From Hormiphora californensis (lineage: Eukaryota; Animalia; Ctenophora): 64,000 bases of DNA. Of the stretch, positions 20,829 through 32,668 are shown piece by piece. A model generated the notes under the pieces. It had not been told where the DNA came from. It did no database searches and saw only the letters and a list, made by a program, of their open reading frames with translations. The position numbers and the translations under genes are program-made. Location: NCBI GenBank assembly GCA_020137815.1, contig CM035353.1:6324001-6388000 (forward strand), read 5' to 3'. Within the stretch, counting starts at the first letter, position 1; each line of letters opens with the position of its first letter.

Positions 20829-22811
20829 CTCTCTCTCGCTCTCTCATCTCGTCTCTCTCCTCCTCCTCAGCCTCCTCGTCGTCAAGTCTCGTCTCTCTCC
20901 CTCTCTCTCTCTCTCTCGCTGCTCTCGGCTCTCGTCGTCTGCATCTCTGCTCCTCTGGTCATGGCTCTCTCTCTCTCCTCTCTCCGGATCCTTCGTACCT
21001 CTCTCCGAAGAGGGGGGGAGTCGTCTCTCTCATCTCTCTCTCTCTCTCTCCTTCCCTGCACCAGCACTGGTCTCTGATAGGGTGTCAACTGCAAAGATTA
21101 ATTGGTTTCCCCGCTAATTGGAAGCTGGGACTGCCCATGAGGGGGGCTGTTAATTGCAATATCATGCCTGACAAGGGTCAAGGTGCAGCAGCTCAGACAG
21201 GGAGCAGGACAGGTAGCATTGACAGGGGGTTTATTGGTCCAAGGTGCAAACAAAACAAACAACTGTTTTCCCATGGTGTGATCAATTGGCAAACACAGCA
21301 ATTAGCTGGACTAGCTGGACACCAAAACAACATATCAATAATTCCAACGACAACATGATATTCTGCTGATCTTTGAAGATACAAATGTCTAGACACCGGT
21401 GTGTTTCTTTCAAGAATGTAATATATCCCTCTCCAGCTCCCAGTGCAACTACAGGCGCGGTGTCAATTGGGCAGGAATGCAGCACTCTCTCTTCATGTGC
21501 ATGTCACTTATAGAATCCGCCACTCAGTTCCTAAAATGTGAAAGATAGACAAATTGGCATTGACAGCTCTGGTGCTGTAATTGTAGAACTGCACCCGCTG
21601 CAGAGATGGTGAAAACCTGGAACAGCCACTGACCACTCTTAACAAGAGAGAGAAAGAGAGAGAGATAGAAAAAGAAATAGATATAGATGAAGAGATAGAA
21701 TAAGAGAGGTAAAGAAAATGAGTAGATGAAAGTGAAAATTTCAGACACTTGGCACTTTTACTAATTATTGATGTGTCCGACCGGACACAACACTCTCACA
21801 GTGCAGCTGAGTGGTAGTGGTGAAATTTGGTAATTAACCTCCCTCTTTCCCCCAGTACTGATTGGGCGCGGCTGCCCCCAGATTTTCTCTTCTCCAGACA
21901 AGAAAGAGAAAGGGAGTGGGAGAGAAAGAGAGGGAGATAGAAAGAAGGTACTTTGTCCCCCAGGTACGGCTCTCTCTCTCCAATTATAACTATCCCCCAC
22001 CGCGACAATCAAACGGCCGTTAGCTCCAATTATTATCAGCTCTTTGATCCACTAAATACCAGACAGCGAGAAGGAGAAAAAAGAGAGAGGGAGAGAGAGT
22101 GAGAGGGAGGGAGAGATAGAGAGAAGAGAGGAGAGATTTGAGAGAGCAGACGAGATGACCCGAGAGAAGAGAAGAGAGGGAGAAAGAGAGAGGGATATGA
22201 TACTTACCCGCAAGAGCATGCCCACTCAAGTTGATTGGCACAATGGAAATATGTTATTACCCGACCGAACAGTCCGTATCCAGTGGTATTTCTCCACCAA
22301 TCAAACGGAGGGATCATCATAGGAGTTAATTCGGCACCATTTCCTGGCTACCTATCCTTTCAGGGCACAAAGAGGTGTTAATACCATAGAATTAAGTAAT
22401 ACACAGAACACGTAACAGCCGGGATCTGTTTATATTCGGGTGGATACTGGCCAAAAATTATTAGTGGACAAAAACTGTGCTCATGTGATCCATGGTAAAT
22501 AATTCTCAAACAAATGACGGGATCTCTATAGTTAGTTGCTACCATTTCCTGCACCACTATCACCTTCTAAGAAGGCAAAAGATGTGGAGATACTCTACCA
22601 TAGAATAGGTAGAATAGGAACAAATGGAGAGAATGCGAAGACCGAGCGTGATGCTGTTTAGAGGCAGATGGAGAGGTACTCAGATGATGGAAAAATGGGT
22701 ATGGAGGAGACCTATATTTGAGCGAGGCTAGGGAGATAAGAGAGCGAAGAGAGGCAGAGATTGGAGGGATAGAGAGAGATGAGGATGAGATGAGAGGAGA
22801 TGAGCGAAGAG

Positions 22812-22888
<77 letters not shown>

Positions 22889-23301
22889 TATGATCAGATC
22901 TAGGCTAATCAGAGGTTGCCAGGAAACAAATGACAATCAGAACACCAGGTCAGGGATTTCGGTAGACAAATTGAGGAGAGAAAGAGAGGAACTGGGTAGT
23001 AGACAGATACTGAAATAGGCTCAAAGATACTCAGGATATTTAGAAACAGGGGAAGAGGGAGATACCTTCTGAGTTCTGAAATATGTAGGTACTGGGAAAA
23101 GTGTGGTAGACTATTATAGGTGGTATGAGAAATCTTATTTTCCCATCTAGCCTGGGAATTATTGTCATGACCGGTTCAAACGGATTTTAGAAAACAGCGA
23201 CTTAGTACAGTACATATTAAAATTCAAGAATCAGCGACCTGACTCCTTTGAGAAGCTATCATAGGATCAAGGAGGGCGGGTAAACCTGAATTCAATTACT
23301 A

Positions 23302-24780
23302 GGGTAGGCGGGGGTAATTCGGGTCACCTTTTTGATTAAAGTGGTATTCCCTTGGTTGTGGCAGAATGTCTGCACATAAAATCTATTCAATTTATCCAAT
23401 GTGACACTTGTTAAGATATTTGGACTGTTGAAGTTTTCAAATCCAACCTTTTTCACACATAAAAAAGCCCACGAAATCGTTAGTTTGCGTATTGTTGGTA
23501 ATTCGGGTCAGTGGCTAAATCGGGCCACGCGCGTATTCAGCCAATCACAGCCCTCGCAAACAAACACGTGACCAAATGACCCGAATTACCAACACAGCGT
23601 GTTGCCGCTGAAATCATGCGGTTAATTCGGGTCAAGTGTTTGTAATTCGGGCCAGCTGTTGGTTGGCTGTTTTAGAGGCCCCCAGAGGCCCCCTAGAGGC
23701 CCCTAGAGGCCCCCTAGAGGCCCCCTAGAGACCCCTAAAGGCCCCTTAAGGCCCCCTAGAGGCCCCCAGAGGCCCCTAGAGGCCCCTAGAGACCCCTAAA
23801 GGCCCCCTAGAGGCCCCTTAAGGCCCCTAGAAGCCCCTAGAGGACCCTAGAGGCCCCCAGAGGCCCCCTAGAGGCCCCCTAGAGGCCCCCTAGAGACCCC
23901 TAAAGGCCCCTTAAGGCCCCTAGAGGACCCCTAGAGGCCCCTAGAGGCCCCTAGAGGCCCCTAGAGGCCCCCTAGAGGCCCCCTAGAGACCCCTTGAGGC
24001 CCCTTAAGGCCCCCTAGAGGCCCCTAGAAGCCCCTAGAGGACCCTAGAGGCCCCTAGAGGCCCCCTAGAGGCCCCCTAGAGGCCCCTAGAGGCCCCCTAG
24101 AGACCCCTAGAGACGCCTTGAGACCCCTTAAGGCCCCCTAGAGGCCCCTAGAGGACCCTAGAGGCCCCCTAGAGGCCCCTAGAGGCCCCTAGAGGCCCCT
24201 AGAGGCCCCCTAGAGGCCCCCTAGAGACCCCTAAAGGCCCCTTAAGGCCCCCTAGAGGCCCCTAGAGGCCCCTAGAGGCCCCCAGAGGCCCCTAGAGGCC
24301 CCTAGAGGCCCCTTAGAGGCCCCTAAAGGCCCCCTAGAGGCCCCAAGAGGCCCCTAAAGGCCCCTAGAGGCCCCAAATCGAGAAGAAAACATAAAATATG
24401 GGGCCAGAAATCACTCAAACTTGCTGATTTATCGCAAAAATAAGGTGACCCGAATTAGCCGCTTTGCCTGTGACCCGAATTACAAACATGACCCGAATTA
24501 GACACACTGTTTTATGACGTCATTTTGGTAAATCAATAATGACGTAATTCCTTCAAAAACTTAGCCAATAAGTGCTGAATTATCCCATTGGATAAAATCA
24601 TATGTTTTCTTCTCGAAAAAATTCCGCAAATTCACGGGAATACCAATTGAATCCAAAATCGTGAAATGAACGATATTCCGTATTTCAAATTTTCCCGCCA
24701 AATCTTGTTACATTAGAATGGCCCGAATTACAAACAAGTGACCCGAATTACCAACTGACCCGAATTACCCCCTCCTACCC
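23302..24780. mobile_element. TA-TSD MITE (Tc1/mariner/pogo type) carrying an internal (GGCCCCTAGA)n minisatellite
   Basis: TIR gggtagg(c/a)gggggtaattcgggtca, flanked by TA on both sides; repeated taattcgggtca motifs; 10-11-bp satellite ~23675-24375. Confidence 0.85.
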
Positions 24781-25645
24781 TACTCAGTAGGAGCAGATCA
24801 GAGACTGAAGAGGAGAAGTAGTTGACATCTCATCTTTTGAGGTGCATGTCGGTAACCCCTCTATCTTCCCTTTCTCTCTCTAAATCTCTCTCTCTCAATC
24901 CCTCTTCCTTATTCTCTCTTCCCTCTCTCTCTCTCGCCCTCTCGCCCTCACGTCCCCTGACAACAAAGCAGTAGAGCCGTGAAGAGAAGGAAATCACTGT
25001 CATATACCACGTGAAAACAAGGTACCACGTGACCGAGTTGTTGGTATCACGTGACACACCAGGGGACAAGGTGAGGAGAAAACAAGCGGAAAAGGGACTA
25101 CCAAAGGGGCTCAGGGGCATGATATCAGCTGGTGAAAACTCTATAGCCCCCCGTCAGACACTTGACTCTTATTGAAGGGTTCTGTTCATAGACCCCCACG
25201 TTTGGGCCAAAAAACCACAAATCACAATTCAAAAAGGATTACACACAAACTTTATGTATCATGGTATTGTAATTACCAATTACATGCATAGCTGGGATAT
25301 ATTCACATCGATAATGTGCATTAATTATTAGCTGAGCTGTCCTATCAGTAGCAGTAGCAGTAGTAGTCATGGCAACAGTGCACACTAAACTCTGTAAAAA
25401 AAGCGAAAATGAAGTATACGCAATTAATCATTTAAAGATCAATTATAGCTGCAAATATTAGTTTTATTTAATTAATTACAGCTAATTGGAACTTTTGTGA
25501 TTCGATTCGAAGTTGCATGATTCCCTATAGGAGCTGATTTCAAACAAAAATATGCAGTGTAACAGTAACTCAACAGGTTCGAGCAAATGGGAGCACAGTG
25601 TGTTGTGTTTGTGCAGGTGAAAGATCTAAAGGAGGGGTGCAGTGA

Positions 25646-25716
<71 letters not shown>

Positions 25717-27239
25717 TGAGAAAGAGAGAGAGAGAAAATATGGCCTATGGCAAACACGGTTCATTCAAGCGCACCAAGAAAAACATCACAAGTTGGTGCG
25801 TACGTCACCTCTGGTAGAGCTACTGCAAATTACACGAACAGCAAAGCAAAAAGGAACGATAGTAAACAGTAAACACACAGTGCTTATCTCTATTTTCTCT
25901 CTCTCCTTGGTCTCTCTATCTATCTCTCCTTTATTTTTCTTCCTATTTCTCTCTCTCTGGCGACAGCTGTCGTTATAGCTCTCGTTTTCAGTCTGACAAG
26001 TAGTTCCATGTTCATTATGATTTCTGATCATCAAAATCCAATACACACACAGAGGGTCAAGTATTGTTAATAAAACATTGGATTATAAAACTAAATTACA
26101 TAATTAAGAAAACTCAAAACTATGTGATTGATGAAGGCATGCAAAGGTGCGGCAAGCTTCATACACAACAACACACTCAGCACAACAACTTGCAGTATTG
26201 AGGAAAAACAGAGCCCACCATGCAAGTGGGACCGGGGGATGGGGTAGGGGGGGGGCATGATACCCTCCTCAACAGCTCTCACAAGCTCAAAGAAAACGAT
26301 CCGGTCAAGAATAGGAAAACTGAACATGAAACGGACGTTGCCGCGAGACACGAAACGAAACTGGACGAGGGAAGAAATGAGTTCAACGTTATCAGACGCA
26401 CGTGAAAAGACGCCGCGCGCGAGTGTAAGAACTCTGATCCCTCTCTCTCTCTCTCTTATCTGTGACAAGAAACTCTCTCTACCCTATACTGCCCACAGAG
26501 ATCACCTCCATATTTTGATCTTTTTCTAGAGCTCGGTTTTAATTAATATGCGTTGTTGCCAGTTTTAATGTTTCTATATTTATTAAGTTGTCTCTCCTGT
26601 TACTTCGCTTTTCTCTCTCTCTCTCTCTCTTGGTGGCCAATGGATATGCTTCTTCACTAGCAATTCGCTCACTACTACAGCTTTAGAGGTTAGTTTAATT
26701 TTGGATCTACTAATTTAATGACGCGTTAAACAGAATAAGAACTTCCGTAATATACTCATATTACAACGTATAGAAGTTCATGGGTACTTGGTATGCAGCA
26801 TGCAGCTTAACGTTTAGGACTGAGAAGTACCTATACTAGCCAAGATAGCTCGGTACAGGGGTGTTACATGGCGTTTTGACGTGGGTAAAGACTGACATGT
26901 ATTTGTAGGCATAACTTTACTTGTATGCCTGAGTTAGGAGTGCCACAAAGGGAACGATTAATTGCAGCTATAGGAAAGAGAGATAGGGAGGGGTTTTCTC
27001 CCTCTCGTTCTCCCTATATCTCTATCTGTCTCTCTCCCTCTCTTCAAGTATATCTATTAGGACAACAGTTGTTGCAGGAAGTGATTCAGTCTAGGTTTAT
27101 CAAAACCTCAACATTCACTACCTCTCAACAGACAGACTGCCGCCTATCACTTAAAACTGTCACGCCTAAAAAAGGGACAGATAGAGAGGGAAGTTTATAG
27201 AATCTGGCCCAGGAAGTATAACTTCAATATCATCTAGTA

Positions 27240-27535
27240 TACTGCCGTTTTATTGTAGAAGGCACTAAGTCAATTTTTACGAAAATTGAGATATTGGTAC
27301 CTTCTTCTTCAGAATTTGAAGCTCTTTCAGATAAGCTGAGTCTCATACTCAGATCTTGAAAACTGAACGAGCTACAAGCATAACAAGCTTTTTTGCTAGT
27401 TGTTTCGTAAAACGCAGTAAGTCAGCAAAATTTCACACAGACGCGTAAAAGGCAGTAAGTCACACGAAAAATTTTTAGAGGGCTTGACTTACTGCGTTCT
27501 ACCCCAAAACTGACTTGCTGCCTTTTACGACGATA
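27240..27535. mobile_element. Probable DNA-transposon end remnant
   Basis: Inverted gcagtaagtca / tgactt(a/g)ctgc motifs ending in ...ttttacgacgata. Confidence 0.35.
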
Positions 27536-28437
27536 TGAGTGTACAAAAATAGCATCTTTACACACGAACCCCCTACAAAACAAAGATCGGACAGGGGGGG
27601 CGCCTAATTATGCATCAAATAATATTATTATTATCCTCGCACAATCAGTTGTTTTAAGATGGGAGATCAGATCCTATAGTTGTATGAAATGGGTGCAAAG
27701 TCGAGGGAGTGCCGGATGTTACAAGTACGTGTGAAAACTGCACTGAGATCAATATCAAACAGTATGTTGCACGTGCAGAACGGTTACCACACTACGTGAT
27801 TTTATTGCAAACACCGAACTTACAGTATCATGCAGTTTTGCAATAGACAATTTTGGTGGAATTAGGGCCGGTAAAAACAGGGCAATATAGTTTCCTAAAC
27901 CCGGGGATTTCCTAGGATACGGAGCGGCTGTAAATCAAAACACAGTTGGGGAGGGACGAGAGGATTTGCTGCGAAGTAAACATAACAGATTCCTCTCTCT
28001 TTCTCTCTCTCTTTCTCTCTCTCTCCCATCATAAGCCAGTGTCAAAACATTTGTCGCGTTCAGGAAGTGTAGATTTTGTAGGTGTCGATTTTATCACCAA
28101 CACACACACATGATTCTACAAATGTCTCAAATTCCTATCTCTCAATTCCCCCAAGGGCCCTCCATTATAATTTGAATTTGGTAGTTGGAAAGTTGGGCGG
28201 CCAATATTAAATAAGCGGATGTCAAACAGACTCTATGTTATCGAGGGAGGGAGACAGGTATTTGTAGTACTAGGAAATGTCTGGGTCCGCAATGGTTGTC
28301 GGAAAGACGAGACTGCAGAGGCCCCGGGTAAATTATCCACGGCACAATTAATATGATGATGAAATACAACCAAATATTATTGGGGATAATATTATAAGGA
28401 TATAGCTTGACCCGTGATCGATGGCTTTCAAACAATG

Positions 28438-28506
<69 letters not shown>

Positions 28507-28581
28507 TCGTATTTGTGCAATGCTGCCATTTTGGTAAATAAGTTGGTTTCCTGTTCGAGGGAGGAGAAAGAAAGATGGATT

Positions 28582-28684
<103 letters not shown>

Positions 28685-30062
28685 GTTTTATGGGCATATA
28701 TAACTGCATACTATTATCTTTTCTCACCCCGAACAATACCGAACAGTTGGGAAAACCTGCTGCAGCCTCGTTTATAAAAAGCTTCCCCTTTGCTCCCGGC
28801 CCTGCTCCCTGCTACAACATTTCTTCTCGACCACTGCACCAAATATAAATTTGAAACTGTCCGATAGTAACAATAGTTTTCCGGGCTCTATTCAATTCTC
28901 CAAATATATAAATGGAGTTATATAATACAGGGTGAGTTACTCTAATAATAGATCTCAGCCGAGAAAGTCAACAAAAAAGGGAACATACAAAAGCTTTTAA
29001 AAGTCTAGACGTTTTGTTCGAAGTTAGACAGTGTCTCTAATCTGCTAGTCAGTTTGATCAAAAAGGTTCCATATATTTGCTACACCTATAAAAGTTCGGC
29101 ACCTCATACAAAAAACAATATTGTAGGGTATGTATATTAAATACTGTCCATATACCAGAGGTGAAGAGATGGTGGCATGAGGGCTCCAAGTTCATTTACA
29201 CACGGGGTGACTGACAAGTTAATATAAGCTAGCAATATTGGAAAACTCTCATAAGAGAGTGACATGCAGTGGATGCCAGGACTGTATGAGAGGGTGAGAG
29301 AGCAGGAGCACCGAGCATTTGGAGCAAGAAATTGGGAATTGAATAATGAACATAATCATTCTATAGGGCGAGAAGACTCAATTTATAAACGGGAACATAA
29401 CCAACAAGAACACCTTCACACTGAAACTACCATATAATAAACAAAGTGCATTGTTGTTGCTATGTAAGAGCCCCCTGGCGGATCTGCAGACATTAAACTG
29501 GTAGAATATTGAGCAACTAACTAGGGTTTAGTTTCATGGTAACCATGGGGAGGGGTTCATGGTAACCATTATGAGGGCTGGTTATAGTACCGCCCTGCTA
29601 GTTAGTACTGCACAGCTCTCCCACCCCCAGTAGACGTGTCATGTAGCCAACTAACACAATGGCAATGGGTGGAGAAGAAAAGAGACTGGGAGCGGGAGAG
29701 AGACATATCAACCCAGTCAAGCAGTGCAATAGGAACCATCAATAACTGCTCACAATGTGCAGCCGTGCATCGGTCCCGCAGCATGAATCGAACAAAAGAG
29801 AAGCAGCAATATTCTTTATCGTATGGTTTCTTTTTTGGTGGCATCAAATGACGAGGCATTTCCGCCAGATCATGCATTAGGCAAGTATCATTGGTGGTAA
29901 GAAGAGAGCCATTGGAGCTTCAGATAATACAATATATCATGTAACATTGCAGTTGTGACAATGGCCATCTTTCAAGAATTGCAGCTGGCTCGAGTAATCA
30001 CTGCTCTTTATTCTCCCACGACTTGGGAAGTTTTTTGGACAAGAGCTGGACCCGATATTACT

Positions 30063-30241
30063 CGAAGGAGTTTACCCTCCCTAACCCGATGCCACCTATA
30101 ATGCGAACCTGTCCTGTGGTCAGTTCCTGATGGTGGGGGGTGGGGAGGGGGGCTATTCTCCTAGTGCCGGCGATATCGCTTTGCGATAGTCCCCTGTGGG
30201 CTTGCCGTTGGCAAGCCCAGGCACTCTGTAGATAGATAGAT
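30063..30241 (+). mobile_element. Short insert with (AGAT)n tail flanked by a 112-bp direct repeat; probable 5'-truncated non-LTR (RTE-like) retroposon
   Basis: 29951-30062 is repeated at 30242-30353 (2 mismatches); the insert ends in structured hairpins then gtagatagatagat. Confidence 0.6.
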
Positions 30242-30519
30242 AGTTGTGACAATGGCCATCTTGCAAGAATTGCAGCTGGCTCGAGTAATCACTGCTCTTT
30301 ATTCTCCCACGACTGGGGAAGTTTTTTGGACAAGAGCTGGACCCGATATTACTGTTGGCAATTATACCACTTGGCATGATAGTTATAGAATATGAAGAAT
30401 ATGAGTTCTAGATGTCTAGAATACGAAGAAAGTGAGTTCTGAAATCTAGATGTCTAGCTAAATTGTCCCCATGAATGGATCACTGCACACTATATTTGAG
30501 CTATTTAGAGGAGACCTTG

Positions 30520-31859
30520 CACGGCGTGCCTGGTGAAACTTTAACACGACCTAGCATGCTACGGGAAACCACCACTTGTACGTGGTAGCTGAGGGTCTAC
30601 AGAATGGCGCTACGGTGCGGGAAAAAAATTCCATTCCCTAAAATCTTTTTTTTTACTTTTATTTGATTTGGGTCAAAATTGGCTATATTAAACGTGGTCC
30701 CGAAAAATCCATAATGACTTAGCACACGAAATATGTCACCCCCATCTATTTTTGCACGTAGAATCGATTGCCGTTGAAGTCGAATCTCTAAAATGACTGT
30801 AAAATGGTCAAAAGTTGATTTTTTACCATTTTTTGGAGGTTTTTGGCCCCTAAACCATTGAAAATGTTGAGATAGGAATTTGAAACTAGTGCCAATCGTT
30901 AAAATGGTCATTTTTCTACCAAGAACCAAGTTTTCGTGTATATCCGATTTATGGTTAGATTTGGGCAAATTGTTGAAATCTGCCAACTAGGAGAACCGTA
31001 ACTTGATTTTCTTGTTTTTTGGATTTTGGCATTTTTGACAAACTTCTGATTGAAATGGCCAGTCGGGACCATGCTTAAGTTGTTTATGGGACAATTTTCG
31101 ACTAAAATCCAAGATTTCATACCAATCCAATAACAGATCGTTGATTTATAGAAAATTTGTGTAGGCAAAACGGTCAAAATAACAACTTTTCTTGCTTATT
31201 TTGACCGTTTTGCCTACACAAATTTTCTATAAATCAACGATCTGTTATTGGATTGGTATGAAATCTTGGATTTTAGTCGAAAATTGTCCCATAAACAACT
31301 TAAGCATGGTCCCGACTGGCCATTTCAATCAGAAGTTTGTCAAAAATGCCAAAATCCAAAAAACAAGAAAATCAAGTTACGGTTCTCCTAGTTGGCAGAT
31401 TTCAACAATTTGCCCAAATCTAACCATAAATCGGATATACACGAAAACTTGGTTCTTGGTAGAAAAATGACCATTTTAACGATTGGCACTAGTTTCAAAT
31501 TCCTATCTCAACATTTTCAATGGTTTAGGGGCCAAAAACCTCCAAAAAATGGTAAAAAATCAACTTTTGACCATTTTACAGTCATTTTAGAGATTCGACT
31601 TCAACGGCAATCGATTCTACGTGCAAAAATAGGTGGGGGTGACATATTTCGTGTGCTAAGTCATTATGGATTTTTCGGGACCACGTTTAATATAGCCAAT
31701 TTTGACCCAAATCAAATAAAAGTAAAAAAAAAGATTTTAGGGAATGGAATGTTTTTTCCCGCACCGTAGCGCCATTCTGTAGACCCTCAGCTGCCACGTA
31801 CAAGTGGTGGTTTCCCGTAGCATGCTAGGTCGTGTTAAAGTTTCACCAGGCACGCCGTG
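30520..31859. mobile_element. 1.34-kb near-perfect palindromic element, CAC...GTG ends, 4-bp TSD (Chapaev/CMC-like)
   Basis: Arms ~663 bp, 13-nt spacer 31183-31195, CTTG on both flanks. Confidence 0.85.
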
Positions 31860-32606
31860 CTTGGCCTTGATCGAAATGAAAATGACTGGGACGTGAAAAG
31901 AAGAGAAGCTGGAATATTTTGGTACCATAACGTTTAGTATGAACATTGGTTCTATATTGAGACAATGACAGAATTTCACACCAAACCAATAACAAAATGA
32001 ATTTCCAGATTTAGAATTCTGATCAACAATAAATCCAACGATAGTGTCTAGACCGCTCAAACTGTAAGCACGATATTGAATGGAAAGGCTCGCTTGATTG
32101 CAGAAAGATGCACGAGAAGTTGACCCCAGCCATTTCAAATCAATCACGAAAGTTTAAAACCGGTGGCAAAGCAATAGCAAGAATAACATACGGCTCTGAG
32201 GAGAGAAGGGTTGGAAAACAATTTTAAAATAACGACTTGAGGGCGATATATCGAGAGAAAACAACAGAGTGTGTTGTCAAAACAATAGTGTTGGTATTTG
32301 TCGGTTTGCAGACGAGCTTAGATACAGTTGAACTGAGATAAGATCCAAACTCTGAAATCTGGAGCAGATCAGAGCTTCTCAAAGTCAAAAGCAAGTTTTG
32401 AAACTTTTACTTTCATCAAGTTTAAAACAACTGGCGTGTGTGCATATTATGAGCGATATAATTAACGTCTATCGGGTAGATAATTAGCTAAAGAAGTTCA
32501 TCTGTCCACGTGGAAAGTTTATCTTGTCCTTCCACCATGAAGGAGAGGAAGAGAGGAAGAGAGAAGAGGGAGAGTGAGAGAGGAAGAGGGAGCCTAGAGA
32601 GAGAGA

Positions 32607-32668
<62 letters not shown>

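Noticed and set aside
30597-31769. Twin ORFs on opposite strands (129/125 aa and 89/92 aa)
   Set aside because: Mirror images produced by the palindrome; no recognisable domain, and non-ATG starts.
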